DNA from: Chiloscyllium plagiosum
Taxonomy: Eukaryota
DNA length: 27,180 nt
Assembly (NCBI RefSeq): GCF_004010195.1
Contig: NC_057757.1
Location: forward strand, 4,374,314 to 4,401,493
Reading direction: 5' to 3'
The position numbers and the translations under genes are program-made. The notes beneath the pieces were generated by a model. It searched no databases, was not told the origin of the DNA, and saw nothing but the letters and a program-made list of their open reading frames with translations. Of the stretch, positions 10,021 to 21,840 are shown in pieces. Position 1 is the stretch's first letter; each line of letters opens with the position of its first letter.

Positions 10021-10239
10021 TCTGTGACACTAACTTCAAATTTGTTCAGGCCATCTAATCTGTCCTCTTTCTCTGTTTTTAAATCATCCGTCATTGAAAA
10101 GCTCTCACTACTCCATCTTACTCTCCGTCTCTTCTACAGTCAGTGGGAGAGCTGAGTCCAGGATTGGTTCATTTGGAAAGGAGTTGGATAGTTTCCTGAG
10201 ATTGACCAGTGTGACAGTACGGAGAGAGAGAAATAGTGG

Positions 10240-11003
10240 CTCATTGGCCCCATTACTCAGACACGCTCTCCCAGAGTTTGTGTGATTGGTTTGTGTGAAT
10301 TTTACAAAGTTTTACAATTCCTCAATGGAATTCTCATCTTTACTGTTTGTCCTCACTCTCCCGGAAGATTGTGAGTCTGGTGGGGGCCTGGTGCAGGAGG
10401 GGACAAGGATGAGTGCATTGATGGGCAGGCAACTCTGGATGAGACAGGTTCAATGCTCCAGTCTCCTTTTCCCCATCCTCTCTCCTCTTTTCAGTGCTCT
10501 GATCAGTACTTTTGGAGACTTTGCTCCCCTTCACCCCACTATGTGACTTTGTTAAATGATTCGCCATTGGCTTCATGTCCCAGAATGCTCGCTGTCCCTG
10601 CTTGATCTCCTTCTTCAAGGATGCCACGTCAGACATTGGTGGGTCTGCCCCCCACCTCCCCCCACCTTGCCCACACCTGGCCAAATAAATATTCACGTGG
10701 ACCTTTGTAACGTTCAAGATAAATTTCCCAAAGAACGCGATGGAAAGGGATAAGATGTTCTCTGATAATCTCCGGGATAACGAGGGAAAATGTACATGGG
10801 TCATGGCATTCATTCAGCTCCTTCATGCCAAGCTACATCCGGCAATGTGGCCCATTGGCAGTGCCAATTGGCAGCGTGGGCAGAGGGGGAATGTGTGGGG
10901 AGTTGGAGAGGAACAGGTAAGTTTGAGCATCTGGTTCCCAACACTCTCCACCACTGAGGGTTTCCCCCACCCCATGTCTGGTTCAGTGGGAGACTCATCA
11001 ATG
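10240..11003 (+). pseudogene. Disrupted copy of an unidentified three-exon-like module
   Basis: Inverted paralog of 24873-25650. Exon-like 10261/10325-10370|gtgagt, then 10495-10638 (two in-frame TGA), then a third segment ending 10916|gtaagt with a lost acceptor and a 2-nt deletion. Confidence 0.5.
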
Positions 11004-11019
11004 GCGATAGTTTGGTTTC

Positions 11020-11885
11020 TCTCAGTCACCTCTCTCTTAGGGAGATATCTGCACTCTGGCTGGTGTCTCTCAATCCCTTCTCTCTCTTCGGGAGCTATCT
11101 GTACACTGACTGGTGACTCTCAGTCCTCTCTCTCTCACGGAGATATCTATACACTGCCTCATGCCTCTCAGTCCCCTCTGTCTCTCTGAGTGAGATATTT
11201 GTACACTGACTGGTGTCTCTCAGTCCTCCCCCTCTCTCAGAGAAATAGCTGGACACTTCCTCATGACTCTCAGTCCCCTCTCTCTCTTTTTCTCTCACTG
11301 GGATATCTGTGTACTGACTGGTGTCTCTCAGTCCCATCTCTCTCTGAGAGATATCTGTTCACTGACTGGTGTCTCCTAGTCCCTACTCTTTTAGGGAGAT
11401 ATCTGTACACTGACTGGTATCTCTCAGTCCCCTCTCTCTCTGTAAGAGAAATCTGTGCACTGACTGGTGTCTCTCAGTCCCCTCTCTCTCTGTAAGAGAA
11501 ATCTGTGCACTGATTGGTGTCTCTCAGTCCCCTCTCTTTCTCTCAGGGAGATATCTGTGCACTGACTGGTGTCTCTCAGTCCCCTCTCTTTCTCTCAGGG
11601 AGATATCTGTGCACTGACTGGTGTCTCTCAGTCCTCTCTCTCACGGAGATATCTATACACTGCCTCATGCCTCTCAGTCCCCTCTGTCTCTCTGAGTGAG
11701 ATATTTGTACACTGACTGGTGTCTCTCAGTCCTCCCCCTCTCTCAGAGAAATAGCTGGACACTTCCTCATGACTCTCAGTCCCCTCTCTCTCTGTAAGAG
11801 AAATCTGTGCACTGACTGGTGTCTCTCAGTCCCCTCTCTTTCTCTCAGGGAGATATCTGTGCACTGACTGGTGTCTCTCAGTCAG
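11020..11885. repeat. ~50-bp minisatellite array
   Basis: Unit gagatatctgtgcactgactggtgtctctcagtcccctctctttctctcagg, with a higher-order block repeat (11120-11285 vs 11625-11790). Confidence 0.93.
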
Positions 11886-12175
11886 TGCATTTTCACAGGT
11901 ACAGACCATGAGAAATAAGAACAGGATGAGGCCATTTAGCCCTTCCTGTCTGATCCACTCTTTCGGAAGTTCATTATTCATTTCCTTGTGACCTCAGCAT
12001 CTGTGACCCTCCTTCGAAACCCCGATCTGTGCTATCACTCAGGATTCTGTCGATGTCAGCCTTGGGGAATGTTCAGTGACACAGATTGTCTTCTGGGCAG
12101 GACTAGTCAAAAAGTCATGATTTGGAAATGGACAACAATCTCCTTATCCCTATCTTTAATTGGTGAGCTGTTTTA

Positions 12176-12675
12176 NNNNNNNNNNNNNNNNNNNNNNNNN
12201 NNNNNNNNNNNNNNNNNNNNNNNNNNNNNNNNNNNNNNNNNNNNNNNNNNNNNNNNNNNNNNNNNNNNNNNNNNNNNNNNNNNNNNNNNNNNNNNNNNNN
12301 NNNNNNNNNNNNNNNNNNNNNNNNNNNNNNNNNNNNNNNNNNNNNNNNNNNNNNNNNNNNNNNNNNNNNNNNNNNNNNNNNNNNNNNNNNNNNNNNNNNN
12401 NNNNNNNNNNNNNNNNNNNNNNNNNNNNNNNNNNNNNNNNNNNNNNNNNNNNNNNNNNNNNNNNNNNNNNNNNNNNNNNNNNNNNNNNNNNNNNNNNNNN
12501 NNNNNNNNNNNNNNNNNNNNNNNNNNNNNNNNNNNNNNNNNNNNNNNNNNNNNNNNNNNNNNNNNNNNNNNNNNNNNNNNNNNNNNNNNNNNNNNNNNNN
12601 NNNNNNNNNNNNNNNNNNNNNNNNNNNNNNNNNNNNNNNNNNNNNNNNNNNNNNNNNNNNNNNNNNNNNNNNNNN
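12176..12675. other. Assembly gap (500 N)
   Basis: Run of n. Confidence 1.
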
Positions 12676-12919
12676 ACCATAGGTTTTGGTTCACCAGTTC
12701 ATAGCCAATTTTTCATCCCCATCATTTCCAGCCCATAATTCCCTGCTGTCAACCATATCCAATCCCATAACCATCAGTGTGAACTGGAGGTTTGTTCTGG
12801 GATGAGAACTGAATCCCTTAAAAGATCAAGGCAAGATTTCCAAAACTAGTGAATACTGGGACCCTTGTTAGCACTAACCCCTAGATATCCCTTGAACTTT
12901 CGAATATATCTCTATACAA

Positions 12920-13670
12920 GATATTCACTGAGGCCGCATTTGGAACATTGCACAGAGTTCTGGTCGCCACAATACCACGAGGATATGGAGGCTTTAGAGA
13001 GAGTGCAGAAAAGGTTTATCAGTCTGGCTTAAAGTCTGCTAACTATGAGGATAAGTTGGATAAAATTGGCATGTTTGTACTTGAATGTTGGACACTGAGG
13101 GGGTGACCTAATAGAAGTTTCCAACATTATAAGAGGCCTGGGTAGAATGGATACTCCGAGTCTTTTTCCAGGGGGTTGAAATGTCAATTACTAAGGTAAT
13201 TGAGGGTGGTGGGCGTTTGGAACGTGTTGCCAGCAGAGGTGGTAGAGGCAGGCACGGGAGATTCATTTAAGATGCGTCTGGACAGATGCATGAGTGGGGG
13301 GGGGGGGAGCAGAGGGATATAGGTGCTTAGGAATTGACCGACAGGTTTAGACAGTACATTTGGATCAGCTCAGGCTTGGAGGGCCAAAAGGCCTGTACCT
13401 GGGCTGTAAGTTTTCTTTGTTCTTTGTTCTTAAGGTGAAAGGGTTAAGTTTACAGGAGATGTTGGCGTTTTTACACAGAGAATGGTAAGTGCCTGGAGTA
13501 CACTGCCAGAACAGGAGGTGAAGGCAGCTACAATAGATACATTTCAGAGACAACTTGACAGAAATATGAACAGGCAGGGAATAGAGGGATATGGGGCACA
13601 AAGAGGCAAACGGGCTTTAGTTTGGACAGGCACAGGCTTAATGGGTCGAAGGGTCTGTTTCAATTCTGTT
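12920..13670 (+). mobile_element. Nested or degenerate CR1 LINE 3' fragments
   Basis: RPHLEHC..FWSP..., ggggtgacctaatagaagt, WNVLPAEVVEA and WSTLPEQEVKA-type motifs, and two 3' tails. Confidence 0.8.
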
Positions 13671-15057
13671 CTTTGTCTGCAATATAAACACAGCATATTT
13701 CTATCCCTGCATTCCAGACTGAAGTCTGTTTTCCGATTAGAACTCGGTTCCATTCTTGTCCGAAAGCAGGCCTCATGTCTCCCCTCGCAGGTTGACATCT
13801 GTCCAACGGCGGTGCTAACATTTCCTCTCCCGATTTTCAGGAAACCCTGTCTGGACTGGAACCCCTGAAACAATGTGATTGTTGTTGACCTACTTTCAGC
13901 TTGCTTCGCTTGTTTGTCGAGGGAGCCGTTTCCCAAGAGCGCTCCCTTCACCCGCCCGGACCAATGGGTGCTGCCTGAGTAACACTGGAACCCCATCGCA
14001 CCTGACCACCCTATCGGTGACCATTCACAAGAACCACAAACGATACTGTCCCTTGGGAGAAGGGTTCTGTCGCCTCTCGGACTAAAGAACCTTGGGAGAA
14101 TAGTTGCTGCCTGTCAATTCTCTTGTTGATTAATTCAAATGGATTCAGGTGAAGGTTCACATGATTGTTTCCAATCAGCTTGAGTCGAGATTAAATTAAA
14201 CATGGACATAGGTTCAATCGTGTGACAGTATTCAACTCTGCCTATTCAAGTGACAGATCTTGCGTTTTGTATCGAGGGACGTTAGTCTTTTTCGGCCTGG
14301 AGTGCGTCAATAACTTTATGAAACCAGTTGCTCCAAATTAGAATTGGAGACGGGCCCTAAAGGTCACTGTGATCTCTTCCTCATACACCAGATGCTGCAA
14401 ACACAAACAGGCCCCACTTTCTGCTTCTCTTCCGAACGGTGAGAGTGAAGGTGCAAACTGGCCGCTGAGGACATTGATGAAGAGTTGGTCAGGACCTCGG
14501 TCCAGCCCTTCTCTGAGCGAGTTTCAAACGAGGAAGGCAGCTGGGGAGTTGGGGTCTTCACCGTTCGCTTCATCTGTAAATGTCAGTGAGGTTGGGCTGG
14601 GGTTTATCTCTACTGGGTTGGGTTGAGGTCAGTTGGTGTTGGGCCTGAATTGACTTAAAGTCCTTCGTGTTTCTGTGGGATAGGCGGAGGTGAACACCAG
14701 GGTGGGGGAAGGAGTTAGTTGGGTTGGGTTGAGTGAAGGTGGACTCCAATTGGTTTCTGTATCGATGATGGATGATGTAATTGCATCTTGCTTATTTAAT
14801 AAACTATTCCTGAATCTCAAGCGACTCGTTGATGGTTTTTAGAATTACAAACATATTTGTGCTTCACTCTCTTTATTCCTGAATACTGTCATAAACCAAG
14901 CAGCAACATCCAATGGGATTGGGATAACAAAGGCATTTTCAGGGAACTCCCAACAGGATCTGTGTCCATGTCTTAATGATGTGATACAATAACAGTCCGT
15001 TGGTTTCAGCATTGACAGTATCATCAACCCACTGGAACCAAAAGGGATCTGCGTTCG

Positions 15058-15362
15058 AGTAAAGCTCCCTCTACACTATCCCCATCAAACACTCCCAGGG
15101 ACAGGGACAGCACAGGGTTAGATACAGAGTAAAGCTCCCTCTACACTGTCCCCGATCAAACACTCCCAGGACAGGTATAGTACAGGGTTAGATACAGAGT
15201 AAAGCTCCCTCTACACTGTTCCCCATGAAACACTCCCAGGAGAGGGACAGCATGGGGTTACAGACAGAGTAAAGCTCCCTCTACACTGTTCCCCATCAAA
15301 CACTCCCAGGAGAGGGACAGCATGGGGTTACAGACAGAGTAAAGCTCCCTCTACACTATCCC
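15058..15362 (+). repeat. Dispersed ~70-bp minisatellite array (~4.3 copies)
   Basis: gtaaagctccctctacact recurs every ~70 bp. Confidence 0.93.
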
Positions 15363-15524
15363 TACCTCGAGCTTACCTATCTACCAGGCTTTGATCTGAT
15401 TAACGTTCAATTCGAACAGATTCCCCTTGACAGGTTTTAATCTCACAGCCCCCTTTCCTTGCTTGTTGCTTTCCAGTCCAGATGGAACCTGTCCAGAATC
15501 AAACAGGTTTTGGAAAATTACCAT

Positions 15525-16042
15525 CAACTAGAAAACACAAGGCCTCTTCTTCCTGAGAGACCAAGGAAATTAGGCACGTCTCTTACCAGTTTTTAATAGA
15601 TGCACCATAGAAAGCATTCTATCCCGATGCATCACAGCTTGGTACGGAAACTGTTCTTCCCCGGGACTGTAAGAAACTAGAGAGAGTTGTGAACTCAGCC
15701 CAGTCCGTCAGGCAAACCAACCTTCCAGCCATTGACTCCATCTACACTTTACACGGCCTTTGGGAAGAGAGCTAACATCGTCAAAGACCCCTCCCATGCC
15801 AGTTATAGTCTCTTCCACCCTCTTCTGTCAGGCAGAATATACAGAAGTTTAAACACCTATACCGACAGATTCAAGAACAGCTTCTTCCCCACTGTTATTA
15901 GACTTCTGAATGGATCTGTCAAATTTTAAATTTAATCTTGGTCTCTGCAACTGTAACATTGTATTCCTCACTCTGTTCCTTTACTATGGTATGATCTGCC
16001 TGTATTTAGGTACATGTGACAATAGTAAATCAAATCAAATCA
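15525..16042 (+). mobile_element. Rex1/Babar-like LINE 3' fragment
   Basis: Encodes degenerate RCTIESILSRCITAWYGNC and IVKDPSH...FHPLLSGRIYRSL...DRFKNSFFPTVIRLLN; ends in an (aatca)n tail. Confidence 0.8.
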
Positions 16043-16324
16043 TTAGCCACCTTTTTTAAGACCCTAGGACTTATTAACCTCTAACTCTATCAGCACCATT
16101 GCCCCAGTGATTATAATTTCCTGCTTTAAGGTAATATTTCACACCATAAACCCCTTGCTCCTTTCAGCTGCTTGATTTAGAGCTATTTACTTTTGCATTG
16201 TCTGTAACGAAAACAGAAGAGAGAAATATTTGTTCACCTCTTCAGTCATTTCTTACTTAATCACCACTCTTTCCCTACTCTCTCCCTCCAAAGGGCTAAC
16301 ACTCACTTGACTTACCCTTTTATA

Positions 16325-16700
16325 CAAAGAACAGAGAGCAATACAGCACAGGAATCGGCCCATTGGCCCTCCACACCTGTGCCAACACAGTTTGCCCTTC
16401 TGCATGAAAACTATCTTCTCTTACAGGATCCGTATCTCTCTATTCCCTTCCTGTTCATGTATTAGTCTGGGTGTTTTTTGAATGCTGCTATTGTGTCTGC
16501 TTCTGCCACCTCCTCACTGTCCTTTGTGTGAAAAACCTGCCTCGCACATCTCTTTTGAACATCCCCTCCTCTGCACCTTGACCCTGTGTCCCCTAGGAAC
16601 TGACCCCTCCACCCTGGGAAAAAGCCTCATGCTTACCACTCTATGCACATCATTCACAATCTTATAAACCTCTATCAGGTTGCCCCTCAAGCTCCTGCAT
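16325..16700 (-). mobile_element. CR1 LINE 3' fragment
   Basis: LRGNLIEVYKIV...RGHRVKV in ORF 16514-17131. Confidence 0.85.
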
Positions 16701-17105
16701 TCCAGACTGGGCAACATCTTGGTAAATCTCTCCAGACCAGGCAACATCCTGGTAAATCTCTCCAGACCAGGCAACATCCTGGTAAATCTCTCCAGACCGG
16801 GCAACATCCTGGTAAATCTCACCAGACTGGGCAACATCTTGCTAAATCTCTCCAGACCAGGCAACATCTTGGTAAATCTCTCCAGACCGGGCAACATCCT
16901 GGTAAATCTCACCAGGCTGGGCAACATCTTGGTAAATCTCTCCAGAACGGGCAACATCCTGGTAAATCTCACCAGACTGGGCAACATCCTGGTAAATCTC
17001 TCCAGACTGGGCAACATCCTGGTAAATCTCACCAGCTTGGGTGACATCCTGATAAATCTATTCAGGCTTGGCAATATCCTGGTAAATCTCTCCAGACTGG
17101 ACAAC
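16701..17105. repeat. 30-bp tandem array (~13 copies) derived from CR1 ORF2 coding sequence
   Basis: Unit gcaacatcctggtaaatctctccagaccag; minus strand reads (ERFTRMLPGL)n. Confidence 0.95.
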
Positions 17106-17389
17106 ACCCAGTCTATCTGACCTTTCTCCATAGCTAAAATCCTGGTAAATCTTTTCTGTACCCTCTCTAAAGCATGCCTGTAGAAACTTGCGCTGTCGCT
17201 TTTGACATTGCTAGCCAGCTTTCTCTCACACCACTTTATCTGTACTGATTAACCTTTCAGCCACTCTCTGCCAATATTTACATTTCACCCTTACCTCTGA
17301 CCTGGCACTCACCTTTGCTCATTGACATGTATTTTTCCTTTTGCTATAATGGATTCCTGAACCTCGACAGTTAACCACAGATGTACTTG

Positions 17390-17620
17390 TAAATCCAGGT
17401 AATTCTTGGGGCTGTGGGTTTGAATCCTGGCGGGTGGTGGAATTTGGAATTCGGTTTAAGATTAAGAAACGCTGGCCTAATGTCAACAAGTTAGCCACTA
17501 GTGGTTGTTGGAAATACCCATCAGGCCCACTCAGAGAGTGAATCGACTCTCCCTACTCAGTCTGGCTTGTACGTGACTCCAGACCCACAGCAAAATAGTT
17601 GACTATCAACTGTCCACATG
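17390..17620 (+). mobile_element. Deu-domain-type SINE fragment
   Basis: gggtttgaatcc...ggtggaatttggaattc...cagtctggcttgtacgtgactccagacccacagcaa. Confidence 0.55.
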
Positions 17621-17629
17621 GGTGATTAT

Positions 17630-18030
17630 AGAATCAGAGACGTCAATAGCACAGGAAAAAAAGCCCTTCAACTCATTATGACTATAACAAAACGCAAACA
17701 CATTTCTATTCTATTTCTGTTTCCCAGCACTTGGCCCATAGATTTATTGCACATCTAAATACAATGTTATAAGGATGTGAGTTCCAATATCCCAGCACCT
17801 TCTCAGTGACAAGGTTCCTCGCATCCCTATTAAACGTCCTGTCCCTTCCCTTCAATCTGTATCCCCGCACCCCCACCCCCCGTATCATTGAGCCCTCTGT
17901 CAAGGGGAAATGTTTTCTTCCTGTCAATGCCCCTCATTATCCATTAAATCATGTCCCCTCTCAATCTCCTCTGAGCTAAGGGAAGCAACCCCAGTCTGTC
18001 CAATCTCTCTTCATAAATGAAACTCTCCAG
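17630..18030 (-). mobile_element. Old CR1 LINE 3' fragment
   Basis: Reverse-complement similarity to 9661-10020. Confidence 0.75.
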
Positions 18031-18445
18031 CCAGGCAACACTCTGATAAATCCCTCCAGACTGGGCAACATCTTGGTAAATCTGGATAAAAGCAAAGCTT
18101 TGACAAAGGGTCAGTTAGACTCGAAATGTCAGTTCTTTTCTCTCCTTACAGATGCTGCCAGACCTGCTGAGATTTTCCAGCATTTTCTCTTGATAAATCT
18201 CTCCAGACTGGGCAGCATCCCGGTAAATTTCTCCAGTCCATGAAACATCCTGGTAAACCTTTCCAGCCCAGGCAAAATCCTGATAAATCTCACTAGACAT
18301 GGCAACAGCCTGGTAAATTTCTCAAGCCCAAGTTAACATCCTGATAAATCTCTCCAGACTTGGGAAAATCCTGGTAAATCTCTCCATCCCAAGAAATACC
18401 CTGGTAAATCTATTCAGATTTGGCAACATCCCAGTAAATCTCTTT
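18030..18445. repeat. Degenerate 30-bp CR1-derived array, interrupted by a PLE terminal fragment (~18085-18190)
   Basis: Repeated acatcctggtaaatctctccag; the insert contains gatgctgccagacctgctgagattttccagca. Confidence 0.85.
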
Positions 18446-19044
18446 CACATCGTCTCCTGTGCAACCAAATCCTTCTTATAATGCAGGATGGGCAATAAAT
18501 GTTGGCTAGACATTGATGCTCACATCTGGTGGATGAATGAAAATGGAATGAAGAGGGAGGTGTGTGAGAAAACTTTGCCTTACTTTGGGGATTTGGCTGC
18601 TAACCTAGAGTTAAAAGCCCTCGCGGGTCTCCTGCCTCACCTTGCCTTTTAGAGCGGGTCTCAACCCGAGCAGTTTGCCCTGGTTCGGCGTGGGGAGCGG
18701 TCAAAGAGTGGAGATGGTGGTGCTGCATTGCCCCAGGCTGCAATATGAACATCAACCACACAACTAGGCCTCAACATCTGAGGGGAGCAGTCCTCAGCCA
18801 AGCTAAGGGTTGGTGCTTCCAGTCAGGCCACAGCAAGGCAAGGGGATGGTCTACTATCAACACAGGAGCTAGGGGCATGGTCAGTCAGCCACTTGGAACA
18901 GTCAGGCAGCCAGTGTCATGGAAGTCCTTTGGGACATAGAGGAGAGACTCTCAGGGGCCATTACTATGAGAGGGATGTTAGGGGACTCAGATTCGGGGAT
19001 TGGAGGGAGGATGCAGAGGGGACAAGAAAGGGACAAACCTCATG

Positions 19045-19282
19045 GGCTTGCTTTCATTGGTCAGTGCATTGAGTGTAGGGGTTCGGACGTTATCTCACAG
19101 CTGTACAGCACATTGCTCAGGCCACTTTTAGAATGTCGCATGCAATTCCGGTCTCCCTGCTATGGGAAGGATGGTGTGAAACTTGAAAAGGTGCAGAAAA
19201 GGATGTCGGAAGGTTTGAGCTGTAGGGAGAGGCTGAATAAGCTGGGGCTGCTTTCCCTGGAGCGTCGGAAGCTGAGGGGTGA
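19045..19282 (+). mobile_element. CR1 LINE fragment
   Basis: LAFIGQCIECRG...LYSTLLRPLLE...RERLNKLGLLSLERRKLRG. Confidence 0.88.
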
Positions 19283-19289
19283 GCTAGAT

Positions 19290-19570
19290 TTGGAAACCCA
19301 AGTAACGTTCAGGGACCCAGGTTCAAATCCTGCAATGGCTGATGGTGGAACATGAATTCAATACAAATCTGGAGTGAAGGGTCTAATGATGATCGTGAAA
19401 CCAGTTGATGTGGGTAAGAACCATTCAATGTCCTTTAGGGAACGAAATTGCCTTCCTTACCTGGTCTGGCCTATATGCCACTCCAGCAATGGGGTTGAAT
19501 CTTATCCGCCCTCAGGGCAATTAGTGTTGGGTAATAAGTGCTGGCCTAGCCAGAGAGCTCTGTGAATGAA
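19290..19570 (+). mobile_element. Deu-domain-type SINE
   Basis: gggacccaggttcaaatcc...aatgtcctttagggaa...ccttacctggtctggcctata...gggtaataagtgctggcc. Confidence 0.6.
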
Positions 19571-19899
19571 TTGCAAAGGAAATCTTTGGGGCAAGACATT
19601 TTATATTTAATGAGATGATTTGAATGGAAGTATCTCATTTCGTTCCCTGTCATTGAAGGGTGGATTCTATACTGAGCGTCTCTCTCTGACAGCGAAGGAT
19701 TGGATGGGGGTTCAACCAATCACCAGCTCCATGAGTGTTTCAGCTAAAGTCTGCTTCAGTGATCCCACATTCCACACGACTTGCTTAAGTTGTGGTCAAT
19801 CATTTGACTGGCTGGTATCAGCATGACATGAACACAACCCTGCGTTTGCCGAAATTAACTTGGGCGTCATGAAGACTGTCCAAAGTATGAAAACTTTTA

Positions 19900-20370
19900 C
19901 ATAGGAAATAGTTGCAGGAGTAGGCCATTCATCCCTTTGACCCTGCCCCACCATTCAATACGATCACAGCTGACCATGCAATCGCAGTATCCCATTCCCG
20001 CTTTCCCTCCATTACCCCTTGAACTCTTCAGCTGCAAGAGCCACGCCCAGCTCCCTCTTGAATATATGAAATGAACTGCTTCCTATGGGAGAGAATCCCA
20101 CAGGTTCCCAACTCTCCGAGTGAAGAAATTCTTCCTCGTCTCAGTCCTGAATGACTTACCCGTTATTCTTAGAGTGTGACTCCTCGTTCTGGATTTCGCC
20201 AACATCAGAAACATTCTTCCTGGATCTTAGCCTGTCCAGTCCTATCAGGATTTTATATCTTTCTATGACATCCCCCTTCATTCTTCTAAGTTCCAGTGAG
20301 TACAAGCCCAGTCAATCCAGTCTTTCCTCATATGTCAGTCCTGCCATACTGGGAATCCGTCTGGTGAACC
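19900..20370 (-). mobile_element. CR1 LINE 3' fragment (different subfamily)
   Basis: caggagtaggccattc tail; gtgaagaaattcttcctcgtctcagtcctgaatg; ends in a reversed RFTRRIPSMAGL-like segment. Confidence 0.8.
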
Positions 20371-20504
20371 TCAAGAGCAAGAATTTTGTTTCAATCTTTT
20401 TGGTCAAGCTCTTTCTGGTATCCTTCTTAATCTTTCAGTCCCGGAAGCAAGAATAAATTGGATTACCTGTTGCTCTCTTGTCAGTTCATCACTTAAACTT
20501 GGGT

Positions 20505-21030
20505 TAGATTAGATTAGATTAGATTACATTAGATTAGATTACATTACAGTGTGGAAACAGGCCCTTCGGCCCAACAAGTCCACACCGACCCGCCGAAGCG
20601 AAACCCACCCATACCCCTACATCTACGCCTTACCCAACACTACGGGCAATTTAGCATGGCCAATTCACCTGACCCGCACATTTTTGGATTGAGGCAGCAG
20701 TGCTAACCACTGTGACACCGTGCCGCCCACTGGCACGATGTGGCACGATGGCTCAGTGATTAACACTACTGCTTCACAGCTCCAGGGACCTGGGTTTGAT
20801 TCCAACCTCGGGTGATTGTCTGTGTGGAGTTTGCATATTTCCCCCCCCCCCCCTCCTCCCCACCCCGTACCTGTGTGGGTTTCCTCCCACAATCCAAAGG
20901 TGTGCAGGTTAGGGTAAATTGGCCATGCTAAATTGTTTAGGGATGTAGAGGCTAGGTGCATTAGTCTGGGGTTAATGTTGGGGATTGAGTTTGGGTGAGA
21001 TACTCTTTGGAGGGTCGGTGTGGACTTTGA
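20505..21030. mobile_element. Head-to-head HE1-like V-SINEs: minus, internally deleted, 20546-20727 with (agatt)n tail; plus 20741-21030
   Basis: gcagtgctaaccactgtgacaccgtgcc (minus head) and tggcacgatggctcagtgattaacactactgc (plus head). Confidence 0.8.
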
Positions 21031-21840
21031 ATCATAGAGATGTACAGCATGGAAACAGACCCTTCGGTCCAACCCGTCCATGCCGACCAGATGTCCCAAC
21101 CCAAATCTCGTCCCACCTGCCAGCTCCCTGCTCATATCATTCCAAACCCTTCCTATTCATATACCCATCCAATGCTTTTTACATGTTGCAATTGTACTAG
21201 CCTCCACCAATAAAGGAAAGCATACCAAACGCCTTTTTCACTATCCTATCTACCTGCGACTCTACTTTCAAGGAGCTATGAACCTGCACTCCAAGGTCTC
21301 TTTGTTCAGCAACACTCCCCAGCACCTTACCATTAAGTGTGTAAGTCCTGCTAAGATTTGCTTTTCCAAAATGTAGCATTTATCAGAATTAAACTCCATC
21401 AGCCACTCTTCAGCCCATTGGACTATTTGATCAAGATCCTGCAGTAATCTGAGGTAACCTTCCTCGCTGTTCACTACACCTCCAATTTTGGTGTCATCTG
21501 CAAACTTACTAGCTATACCTCTTGTGCTCACATCCAAATCATTTATATAAATGATGAAAAGTAGTGGACCCAGCACCGATTCTTGCGGCACTCCACTGGT
21601 CACAGGCCTCCAGTCTGGAAAACAACCCTCCATCACCACCCTCTGTCTTCTACCTTTAAGCCAGTTCTGTATCCAAATGGCTAGTTCTCCCTGTATTCCA
21701 TGAGATCTGACCTTGCTAACCAGTCTCCCATGGGGAAACTTGTCAAATGCCTTACTAAAGTCCATATAGATCACATCTACCATTCTGCCCTCATCAATCC
21801 TTTTTGTTACTTCTTCAAAAAACTCAATCAAGTTTGTAAG
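21030..21840 (-). mobile_element. CR1 LINE RT fragment with internal deletion
   Basis: ORF 21268-21927: LTNLIEFFEEVTKRIDEG...YMDFSKAFDK...VTSGVPQESVLGP...FADDTK. Confidence 0.95.

Noticed and set aside
8981..12738. Long ORFs containing X runs
   Set aside because: They span assembly gaps.
14524..14820. Pro/Thr/Ser-rich minus-strand frame ending DEANGEDPNSPAAFLV
   Set aside because: Internal TGA, weak acceptor, no partner exons and no recognisable homology.
15377..15488. AG/GT-bounded 112-nt minus-strand segment
   Set aside because: Stops in all three frames.
16701..17105. CRISPR-like regular 30-bp periodicity
   Set aside because: Head-to-tail repeats with no unique spacers, derived from CR1, in eukaryotic DNA.
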